This document shows positions 39,662 to 47,301 of a stretch of DNA of 64,000 bases, in pieces. A model generated the notes under the pieces. The model made no database searches. It was not told the DNA's origin and saw only the letters and a list, made by a program, of their open reading frames with translations. How positions within the stretch are numbered: position 1 is the stretch's first letter; every line of letters starts with the position of its first letter. The stretch is from Candidatus Tenderia sp. Lineage in GTDB: Bacteria > Pseudomonadota > Gammaproteobacteria > Tenderiales > Tenderiaceae. Where the stretch lies: positions 1 to 64,000 of the forward strand of contig JANOSY010000090.1 in assembly GCA_031416075.1 (NCBI GenBank), given 5' to 3'. A program made the translations under genes and the position numbers.

Positions 39662-40896
39662 GCGTTTACATCCAGTACGATGGTGGGCAGTGGTTGGCGG
39701 TGGGGTTCGGGCGGCTGCCCCTGAAAACAGCGCAGCTCCCGGCTCTCAATGCCCGCCTCATGATAACGTTGGGCTAACTCTGTTAAATGTTGGCTGATAA
39801 GCGTCGTTGTCTCCATGCGCTCCGCCCAGAAGGTAGTGCTGATCTTTCCACCCTCCAGCTGTAACCGCACATGCATTGGGCCGAGTGACTCCAGTTCCAG
39901 CGCGATAGTGATGTTCCAGCGGAGTTGTTGCTCATCGTTGTTATTTTCACTTCGCTCCTCGTTGATCACACATTGAAACAGATCAACCCTCTCCTGATGA
40001 CGAATCGGTAACTCAAAGCTCCATGTGAGTGGGTTCTGGTCCGACGTAGAGAGTGACGCCAGCTGGTGCAGTTGAGTTCTGGCCAGCCCCCCCTCCACCT
40101 GTTTGCCTAGCTCCTGCAGGAGCGCGAGGGTATTATTGAGTGTGGCCAATGTCGCCTCTGCCTGCCCTTGGGGTTGTGGACGCCCCCCCGGTATGGCGGG
40201 TACTGGGATGGATATTGAAGGCAATATTGGGCGTGTGAGTGATGGCGAGGCCGCTGTCTGTGCAGACTCTTTCTGTATGCTGCTGAGCAGTTGTAACAAC
40301 AGGCTTTTAAGATCGTTACCCGGCGCGGGTGTGGTTTTGCTCTGGACCGTCTGTCGAAGTGCACTCTCCATAAACAGCCCCGACTCCTTAAAGGCCTGTT
40401 TAACGCCCTCAGCAGAGGCTATTTTTCCGCGATTGGGAAGTTGATCGAGGAACGCCTTTGCCAAAACCTGAATGGCCTGTGGCAATGGGACGGTACTGTT
40501 TTGTGGCTGGGCGATCCAGCTGATATTCGCCAGCAGTGGTGTTAGGCCCATTTGACGCGGCAGACTCTGCATCAGCGCCTGTTTAAGCACGGCGTCGGGC
40601 GAAGTGGTTTGACTGAGCACTTTTAAGAGTGGTGTATCACCAAGTTTGCTCACCTCCAGCTGAAGCTGTTGCCCAACAATGAGTGGTTGTGCGGTGTTGG
40701 CCTGAAGCTGGTGCGGTGCTGCCGGTTGGCTGGAAGATGAACGGTTGAGTGAGGGGAGTAGCTGTAGTAATACGTGGTTGCTGGCGAGCTGCTTAATTAC
40801 CACCGCCTGTAACAGCTGCCCAACACGCAGTGGTTGCGGTTGTGCCGTGGCAGCGGCTAGATTGGGCAAGGTTGAAGGGGGTCCATTAATTTTCAT
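39658..40896 (-). CDS. FliK-like (hook-length control C-terminal domain) protein
   Basis: ESGLFMES, WSFELP, LELESLGPMHVRLQL, ends VLDVNA; overlaps FlhB-like gene start. Start codon uncertain. Confidence 0.8.
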   Translation of the reverse strand: MKINGPPSTLPNLAAATAQPQPLRVGQLLQAVVIKQLASNHVLLQLLPSLNRSSSSQPAAPHQLQANTAQPLIVGQQLQLEVSKLGDTPLLKVLSQTTSPDAVLKQALMQSLPRQMGLTPLLANISWIAQPQNSTVPLPQAIQVLAKAFLDQLPNRGKIASAEGVKQAFKESGLFMESALRQTVQSKTTPAPGNDLKSLLLQLLSSIQKESAQTAASPSLTRPILPSISIPVPAIPGGRPQPQGQAEATLATLNNTLALLQELGKQVEGGLARTQLHQLASLSTSDQNPLTWSFELPIRHQERVDLFQCVINEERSENNNDEQQLRWNITIALELESLGPMHVRLQLEGGKISTTFWAERMETTTLISQHLTELAQRYHEAGIESRELRCFQGQPPEPHRQPLPTIVLDVNA

Positions 40897-41028
40897 GGGA
40901 TAAAGCGGGTCCGGATTTGGCCGATGAATCTGTATATTGCCAAGCTGGGCCAATATTGTATATGAGATTGTGCATAAAGCGATGGTGAGTGATTTTCAGT
41001 AATCTGTTTTCTTGTGGAAGTGATTGAA

Positions 41029-41943
41029 ATGCAAACACATACCCTGTGGTATATACAAAAAGATGGTGAGGTCCGCGGACCCTATCCACGGACGGTGATT
41101 GCCCAATATCTGCTGCTTAACCGGCTGCGTAAAGAGGACCAGGTCAGCACTGACCAGAAGCATTGGCAAGCCATTGCTGATGTAAAAGAGTTAGTGCCAG
41201 CCGCTGTTAAGGGAACGCTCAGTGGTGCTGTGAATCAGTATCTGGCCGATGTGGCAGCGCGTGATGATGAACATATACCCACATCAAAACAGAATACCGA
41301 GGATGTCACAAACCAATATCTACTGGATGTTGCCAAACGTAACGCCAGGGCGTTGAATGGCATAGAACCTGAGGATGTTGTTGAATATAATCGAAACAGA
41401 TCGAAAACTTCGTCATCAGAGCAGAAAAAAAAACCATTAACGATAGTCTTGGCAGTCACCGCCATACTCGCCACTGTTGGTGCCCTGGTTGCATTGGTAC
41501 TGAACTATACGCCTCAGGCCAACGGGCCGGAGGCAGAGTGTTCCGCAGCGCCAGCCGCCAATGTTAACTGGAGCAACTGTAGCCTGCAGGGCGCTGTGCT
41601 TGATAACAGCAATCTGCAACAGGCGGTAATGCGTAATGCAAATCTCACAGGCAGCACGTTGCAGCGGTCTGATTTACAGAATGCCGATCTGGCCTATGCC
41701 AACTTGAGTCTTGTCAATCTTGGTCAAGCGAATTTGCGCGGCGCACAATTGATGGGGGCAAAACTTAACGGCAGTGATTTAAGTGGCGCTGATTTAAGTG
41801 GTGCAGATCTTTCGTATGCAGATTTGAGCGGGGCCAACATGATGGGTGTCAACCTGGTCGGCACCAAACTTGATCAGACCCTGTGGCTAGACAAAACGGT
41901 CTGCGCACGTGGTTCAGTGGGGCAATGTTTGGCTGGGCGATAA
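41029..41943 (+). CDS. Membrane-anchored pentapeptide-repeat protein with N-terminal GYF_2-like domain
   Basis: WYIQKDGEVRGPY; central TM; A(D/N)LxG repeats bracketed by Cys residues. Confidence 0.85.
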   Translation: MQTHTLWYIQKDGEVRGPYPRTVIAQYLLLNRLRKEDQVSTDQKHWQAIADVKELVPAAVKGTLSGAVNQYLADVAARDDEHIPTSKQNTEDVTNQYLLDVAKRNARALNGIEPEDVVEYNRNRSKTSSSEQKKKPLTIVLAVTAILATVGALVALVLNYTPQANGPEAECSAAPAANVNWSNCSLQGAVLDNSNLQQAVMRNANLTGSTLQRSDLQNADLAYANLSLVNLGQANLRGAQLMGAKLNGSDLSGADLSGADLSYADLSGANMMGVNLVGTKLDQTLWLDKTVCARGSVGQCLAGR

Positions 41944-41957
41944 TATAATCTGATATC

Positions 41958-42007
41958 TGCACAGATCTGGCGCATTGGGTCGTGGTGTGATGCACAGTTT
42001 TTAGGCA
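41958..42007 (+). promoter_or_regulatory. Tandem NtrC-like enhancer sites
   Basis: TGCAC-N7-GCGCA (41958-41974) and TGCAC-N7-AGGCA (41991-42007), 33 bp apart, upstream of a sigma54 promoter; consensus TGCAC-N7-GTGCA. Confidence 0.65.
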
Positions 42008-42080
42008 TAGATGGATACTGTTCTGCTTTTCACCTTACCGTCTCCCCTGTTAGATCATGACGTTACTATTAATTTTAATG

Positions 42081-42096
42081 TGGCATGTGAATTGCT
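42081..42096 (+). promoter_or_regulatory. Sigma54 promoter of the redox operon
   Basis: TGGCATGTGAATTGCT. Confidence 0.8.
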
Positions 42097-42197
42097 GAGC
42101 CACTTTGGAGATACTGTTTTTATTAAATATGTGCGAGGTTGTGCGGTAGGTAAGTGATGACTGCAATGGGCTGTATGTAGTACAGCAAGTTTATGCA

Positions 42198-42231
42198 GGG
42201 CCAACGGTGGCCCATCTATGACAAAGGCGTC
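42198..42231 (+). promoter_or_regulatory. ANTAR (NasT/NasR-type) dual-hexaloop antiterminator RNA
   Basis: GGGCC-AACGGT-GGCCC and GAC-AAAGGC-GTC; both loops have A1/G4 and a C-G closing pair; the second hairpin overlaps the terminator 5' arm. Confidence 0.85.
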
Positions 42232-42271
42232 CACAGCATGGGGAGTTTTCCATGTGCTGGACGCCTTTTTT
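42223..42271 (+). terminator. Leader intrinsic terminator (attenuator)
   Basis: AAAGGCGTCCA...CATGG...CCATG...TGGACGCCTTT followed by T-run, about 46 nt before ATG 42318. Confidence 0.85.
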
Positions 42272-42317
42272 ATTGGTTTTTATAGCAGTTTTTAGTGATG
42301 AGGTGATTGTGGGGAAT

Positions 42318-43913
42318 ATGGCGGCGGCAGTAGATCAAGCAGCGTTAGCATTGCCCCCTGTTGTGATTGTAGGCAGCGGGCCAGTGGGGGTTCGTGTCGC
42401 ACAGGAGTTGTTGCGTCTGGACCCGCTGTTGCATTTGGTGATCTATGGCGACGAACCGTGGGAGCCCTATAACCGTGTGCGATTGACCCAGATGTTGGCA
42501 GGGCACTCCAGTTGGGCGGATATATTTCAATCGTTGCAGCTGCCCACAACCGGGAATATTGAGTGTCGTTACAACTGCGCGGTGGTTGCTATTGATCGCC
42601 ATGAGAAAACAGTGACGGATCTGTTAGGACGGCAGCAGCCATATTCGCGGTTGGTATTGGCAGTGGGATCACGCCCTCATGTGCCAACCATTCCTGGCAA
42701 GGCGCTGCACAATGTATTTACCTTCCGCAATATGTCGGACCTGAATGGCCTGCTGGCCCGCCGTATTGGTAGCCGTCGAATGGTGGTGGTAGGTGGGGGG
42801 CTGTTAGGGATTGAGGCCGCCCATGCACTACAGCGCAGCCATACGGATGTTTCGATTATTCAACATAGTGATCGTTTGATGGGGCGTCAGCTGGATGAGC
42901 ATGCTGCTGCCATGATGTGTGCTGAGGTTGAGTCTCTGGGAATCAATGTCTATCTCAACAGTGGTGTTCAGGCGATATTGGGTGAGCGTTTGGTCGAAGG
43001 GGTACGTCTGCGTGATGGCAGCGTACTCGATTGCGATACCGTAGTTTTTTGTACCGGCATAAAACCCAATGTGGAACTGGCGCGTGGTGCAGGGTTGCGA
43101 GTGGGGCGTGGTATTCGGGTAGATGATCTGTTGCAAACATCCAACCCGGCGATCTATGCAGTGGGTGAGTGTACTGAACATAATAATCAGATTTATGGTT
43201 TGGTTGCGCCGGGGCTGGAGCAGGCCTCGGTGGCGGCCCATAACATTGTTGGCCAGCACGCATTTTATCGTGGCAGTACGGCAGTGGCGCGACTCAAAGT
43301 AGTGGGCACAGCGCTGTTGAGCATTGGCGCAGTGGTAGAGGAGGAGATCCCTAGCCACTACCGCACAGCGGTTTATCAGAATGATGAAAAGGGTTACTAC
43401 CGTAAGTTGGTGATGGTGGGTGGTAGACTTCAAGGGGCGATTGCCATAGGTGAGTGGCCCCAGCATCAACGGGTACAAGAGGGTGTGGTGCACCATCGCC
43501 GTCTCTGGCCATGGCAGCTGATGCGTTTTAAACGGAGCGGTGAGTTGTGGACAGAGCAGCAGTCGCAGGATGTGCGTCAGTGGCCTGCCAATGCAATTGT
43601 CTGTAACTGCACCGGTGTCAGTCGTGGTGTATTAAGCGCAGCGGTCACCGGTGGCTGCACAACGGTTGAGATGTTAGTGCAGTGTACGGGGGCCTCTACG
43701 GTGTGTGGTGGTTGCAAGCCACGTTTGGCTGAGATGTTGGGCGAGTCTGCTGTGCCCATAAAAAACAGAGCAGGCAATCTGCTCATGGGGGCGTCGTTGC
43801 TGGCGATGTTGCTGGCCTTAATAACACTCTTGGTTAAACCCATTCCGTTTGTGACCACCGTGCAACAGGGGTGGCATATCAGTGATCTATGGAGTGCAAC
43901 GTTTTCAAAATAG
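42318..43913 (+). CDS. NirB-like FAD/NAD(P)H oxidoreductase + BFD-like [2Fe-2S] domain + TM helix; ends at an in-frame TAG
   Basis: IVGSGPVG, PYNRV.L, LVLAVGS, VVGGGLLGIEAA, IYAVGEC.EH, VCNC...CGGC; no siroheme/[4Fe-4S] domain. Confidence 0.85.
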   Translation: MAAAVDQAALALPPVVIVGSGPVGVRVAQELLRLDPLLHLVIYGDEPWEPYNRVRLTQMLAGHSSWADIFQSLQLPTTGNIECRYNCAVVAIDRHEKTVTDLLGRQQPYSRLVLAVGSRPHVPTIPGKALHNVFTFRNMSDLNGLLARRIGSRRMVVVGGGLLGIEAAHALQRSHTDVSIIQHSDRLMGRQLDEHAAAMMCAEVESLGINVYLNSGVQAILGERLVEGVRLRDGSVLDCDTVVFCTGIKPNVELARGAGLRVGRGIRVDDLLQTSNPAIYAVGECTEHNNQIYGLVAPGLEQASVAAHNIVGQHAFYRGSTAVARLKVVGTALLSIGAVVEEEIPSHYRTAVYQNDEKGYYRKLVMVGGRLQGAIAIGEWPQHQRVQEGVVHHRRLWPWQLMRFKRSGELWTEQQSQDVRQWPANAIVCNCTGVSRGVLSAAVTGGCTTVEMLVQCTGASTVCGGCKPRLAEMLGESAVPIKNRAGNLLMGASLLAMLLALITLLVKPIPFVTTVQQGWHISDLWSATFSK

Positions 43914-44291
43914 GTGACTGGGTTTACGTTGCTGGGTATGACCGTTTTGGCACTGCTGCTCTCGTTGCGGAAGCGGATTAAAAAATTTTCGTTTATCGAT
44001 TTTGGTTATTGGCGTGTACTACACTCTGTATTAGGAGCGTTATTGTTGATGTTGTTAATCCTGCATACCGGGTTACGTATGGGGGACAACTTTAATTTTC
44101 TATTGATGTTCTGTTTTGTTGCCATTGCACTGATCGGCGCGGTGGTGGGTATGGTGTCGGCGCTTGAGAGTGGTGGTGCCAGTATTGCATTGGGGCGTTG
44201 GCGTCGTTACTCGGGCTGGATCCATCTTGGTCTCTTCTGGCCGCTGCCGGTGCTGCTCGGTTTTCACATCCTCAGTAGTTACTATTTTTAG
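43914..44291 (+). CDS. Di-heme cytochrome b-like membrane domain, in-frame continuation of the previous ORF
   Basis: Same frame directly after TAG; hydrophobic helices with two His pairs 14 residues apart (HSVLGALLLMLLILH, HLGLFWPLPVLLGFH). Confidence 0.7.
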   Translation: MTGFTLLGMTVLALLLSLRKRIKKFSFIDFGYWRVLHSVLGALLLMLLILHTGLRMGDNFNFLLMFCFVAIALIGAVVGMVSALESGGASIALGRWRRYSGWIHLGLFWPLPVLLGFHILSSYYF

Positions 44292-44299
44292 GGGCGACG

Positions 44300-45652
44300 A
44301 TGAGATCGAGCAATATTAAATGGTGGATTGCTTGGTTGTTGCTGAGTTTAGGGGTGGCTGCTTACTACGGATATGCACTGATAAGTGAAGACAAGACTGC
44401 ACTGTTGCCAGGAACGACCAGCCACGGTCATTATCAGATAGAGTTGGCGTGTGGCAGTTGTCACGGGGAGGCATTTGCAGGTGGTGAGGCGTTACAGACA
44501 GCCTGTATCAACTGCCACGGCGATCAGATGAAGGCAGCGCGCGACTCACATCCACGGAGTAAATTTACCGATCCACGTAATGCCGACAGGGTTGCACTGC
44601 TGGACGCTCGTTACTGCATCACCTGTCATCGTGAGCATAAACCAGAGGTGACGGATGCGATGGGCGTGACGTTGCCAAATGACCTCTGTTTTATCTGCCA
44701 CAAAGATATAGCGCAAGAGCGCGCTAGCCATAACGATATCTCTTTTGACAGCTGTGCCAGTGCCGGTTGCCATAACTATCACGACAATCAGGCGCTGTAT
44801 GAAGCGTTCTTGGTTAAACATGGCAATGAGCCAGCCCATCTGACTCCTCAACGTGTTCCTGAACGTAATCTGCATCAATGGAATCTGGCGGTTGCATCTT
44901 CACCGGTAACAGCACTTGCAGCGGGAGATGCCGATGCCCCGGTCAACAGACAGCTAGCGGCGGATGAATTTCAACACTGGGTTGATTCCGGACACGCCAC
45001 GGCTGGTGTTAACTGTTCTGCCTGCCATCAGCAAGAGAATAAAAATTGGATCGACAAGCCAGGCGTAAAAATATGTGAGAGCTGCCACAAACAGGAGGTA
45101 TCGGGGTTTACGGCGGGTAAACACGGTATGCGCCTGGCACAGGGAATGTCACCCATGGTACCGGCCATGGCCCGGTTACCCATGAAGGCAAAAATTGCCA
45201 AGCAGCCACTCGATTGCAACAGCTGTCATGGCGCGCACCAAGGCGGGGTGAAAGAGGCGGTGGTTGATGCCTGCATGGGGTGTCATGACGATGAACATAG
45301 CAGACACTATCCAGACTCACCTCATGCGCAGCTGTGGCAGCAGGAGCAGGCAGGGTTGATAGCTGTGGGTAGCGGTGTCTCCTGTGCGACCTGTCACATG
45401 CCACGGGAGGAGGTGCGCCAACTCGGGGAGAGACATGTTGCCATTCAACACAATCAGAGCCTCAATCTTCGGCCCAACGAAAAAATGGTACGTAGTGTCT
45501 GTATGCATTGCCACGGCTATCAGTTTGCTATCAACGCACTGGCTGATGGCGCGTTAATAAAAAACAACTTCTCATCATCACCCACTGTAGAGGTGAAGAG
45601 TGCACAAATGGCGTTGGCACGTGATGAGAAGCGGGGGACAAGATCAAAATAG
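44300..45652 (+). CDS. Membrane-anchored multiheme cytochrome c (10 CXXCH + 1 CX4CH)
   Basis: CGSCH, CINCH, CITCH, CFICH, CASAGCH, CSACH, CESCH, CNSCH, CMGCH, CATCH, CMHCH; N-terminal hydrophobic anchor. Confidence 0.92.
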   Translation: MRSSNIKWWIAWLLLSLGVAAYYGYALISEDKTALLPGTTSHGHYQIELACGSCHGEAFAGGEALQTACINCHGDQMKAARDSHPRSKFTDPRNADRVALLDARYCITCHREHKPEVTDAMGVTLPNDLCFICHKDIAQERASHNDISFDSCASAGCHNYHDNQALYEAFLVKHGNEPAHLTPQRVPERNLHQWNLAVASSPVTALAAGDADAPVNRQLAADEFQHWVDSGHATAGVNCSACHQQENKNWIDKPGVKICESCHKQEVSGFTAGKHGMRLAQGMSPMVPAMARLPMKAKIAKQPLDCNSCHGAHQGGVKEAVVDACMGCHDDEHSRHYPDSPHAQLWQQEQAGLIAVGSGVSCATCHMPREEVRQLGERHVAIQHNQSLNLRPNEKMVRSVCMHCHGYQFAINALADGALIKNNFSSSPTVEVKSAQMALARDEKRGTRSK

Positions 45653-45698
45653 TGCTTTTGAGTGAGTCTGTTCATTCAACGTGTAGAAGGAGATAGCA

Positions 45699-46286
45699 AT
45701 GAACCATATGCGAAAAAAAGCGCTGGTCATGGGTGTCGTTAGCACAGTGCTGTTATCAGGGTGTGGTCAGCAAGCTGAAACCCCGGCAGCTGTTAATACA
45801 GCCATTACACCACAAAAAATGGCGGACGCCCTGCATGCAGTGATGGAGGCAGATCGAGCCGTCTATACCAAACTGGTGATCAACCGCTTGGTTAAAGAGG
45901 AGAAGGTGATTAAAGCCAGTGAGCACTGGCAGGATGATAAGGCGCTACCCCTGCCAGCACAGATGTTTCGTTTTGGTGCGGAGCGGGTTGCGGAAAGCAA
46001 CAGTGATTTCAGTTATTCGCTAATCTCATCCTGGCCGATCAATAAACAGAATGAGCCAAAAACAGAGTCAGAGGCGAGTGGGTTGAAGTTTATTGAAGAG
46101 AACCCCGGAAAAAATTTCTATAAAGAGGAATCTCTGGGCGGAAAAAATTATTACACCGCCATATATCCCGATGTTGCTGTTGCCCCGGCCTGTGTTGAGT
46201 GCCATAACGACCATAAAGATACACCTAAGAGTGATTTTAAAATTGGCGATACCATGGGTGGTGTGGTGATTCGTATACCACTATAA
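45699..46286 (+). CDS. DUF3365/Tll0287-like mono-heme c lipoprotein
   Basis: Lipobox LLSGC, PINKQNEP, CVECH, FKIGDTMGGVVIRIP. Confidence 0.8.
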   Translation: MNHMRKKALVMGVVSTVLLSGCGQQAETPAAVNTAITPQKMADALHAVMEADRAVYTKLVINRLVKEEKVIKASEHWQDDKALPLPAQMFRFGAERVAESNSDFSYSLISSWPINKQNEPKTESEASGLKFIEENPGKNFYKEESLGGKNYYTAIYPDVAVAPACVECHNDHKDTPKSDFKIGDTMGGVVIRIPL

Positions 46287-46314
46287 ATGTTTAAATACCG
46301 TGGCCTGTTAAGCG

Positions 46315-47168
46315 TCACGGGATTTTTGTAACGTTAAAATGGAGCAAAGCCATTCGATGATGTGCACCGCTTAAGCTTTCCATCCCAAGCGTTATCTTGA
46401 TATTGCGTAAATCCAGTTCAACATGCCAGCGCTGTTTATATAACTCAGCCAGGGATTTTCTCGGTATCTCTTTGTCAGGCAATAATATTGTTACCAATAC
46501 TTTTTTATCCGTTTTAAGTTCACGGATAGTTAGTTCACCAGGAAACTCTTCATATTGTGCCTTGTTCATCCAGTCCGGCATGATCTTGGGTTTTTTCCAG
46601 GCCACAACATGATCGCGTACACCTAGCTTCTGACCTCTTCTGAAATCAGTTTTACGCACAGCATGTTGTTGGAATACAACATCAACTCCGTTTGCTATCA
46701 GCATGGCAATCAGAAAATAGCTACAATAATAACGGTCGCTCAACACCACATCGCCAGGCTCAAAGCTCTCTAATAACTGCCGTAACAGAGCGTGTTCACT
46801 CGCCCCTTTGCCTTTAAATGCTTCCATGGCTGCATCGAGCATCACGCCACTGGACAAACAAATGACACCAACAATTCTGGCGATGGGAAAGCCTAATCCA
46901 GGCGCTTGACCGCGTTGCTGGGGATAAACGTCTTGATTGGCCGCGGTGTCTGGCAGGGTGATGGTGGTGCCATCGACCAGCTTTACGCGACGTCCTTGCC
47001 AGCGCCATGCGTTCGGTGTCTGTTCCGCAACCAAACGCCCCAATTGCTTTACCAGTACAGCTGTGGGCTGGTGAGTAGATTGAAAAAACTGTACGAGTCT
47101 GTCTTTTTGGCACAATGGCTAATGCGCTTCTGTTGATGGCCCGGTAATTTATGGTTAGGATGAGGCAT
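46315..47168 (-). pseudogene. IS4-family transposase remnant (internal deletion/frameshift, 3' truncated)
   Basis: ATG 47168 gives MPHPNH...DSYSFFNLLTSPQLYW*; another frame continues with VKLVDGTT, SDRYYCSY, LYKQRWHVELDLRNIK; similarity stops after LGMESLS. Confidence 0.85.
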
Positions 47169-47278
47169 GGCTGGCGACTCCAGATGGTTGCGAATTGTGT
47201 GGTAACAATTAGCTTATCATCTCGCCAGCCTTCTTATTTCTTCAATAGGTTAGTGGCTTTTCATGCGGTGCTATGGCT

Positions 47279-47295
47279 TAAGTAAGTGCCATTCG
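47279..47295 (-). mobile_element. Probable left terminal inverted repeat of the IS4 remnant
   Basis: Minus strand reads CGAATGGCACTTACTTA, resembling IS4-subgroup ends; no matching right IR seen. Confidence 0.6.
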
Positions 47296-47301
47296 GGCCT
47301 G

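Noticed and set aside
42252-42317. N-terminal extension of the flavoprotein given in the ORF track
   Set aside because: It starts within the leader terminator hairpin; ATG 42318 with an upstream purine-rich RBS is more plausible.
43911-43913. Pyrrolysine or genome-wide amber recoding
   Set aside because: TAG is a normal stop for several genes here (e.g. fliK, fliL, cheA) and no pyl genes are present; nonsense mutation or error is more parsimonious.
42318-45652. Calling these genes nirB and nrfA
   Set aside because: The flavoprotein lacks the siroheme/[4Fe-4S] domain and the cytochrome lacks CXXCK and NrfA's five-heme layout.
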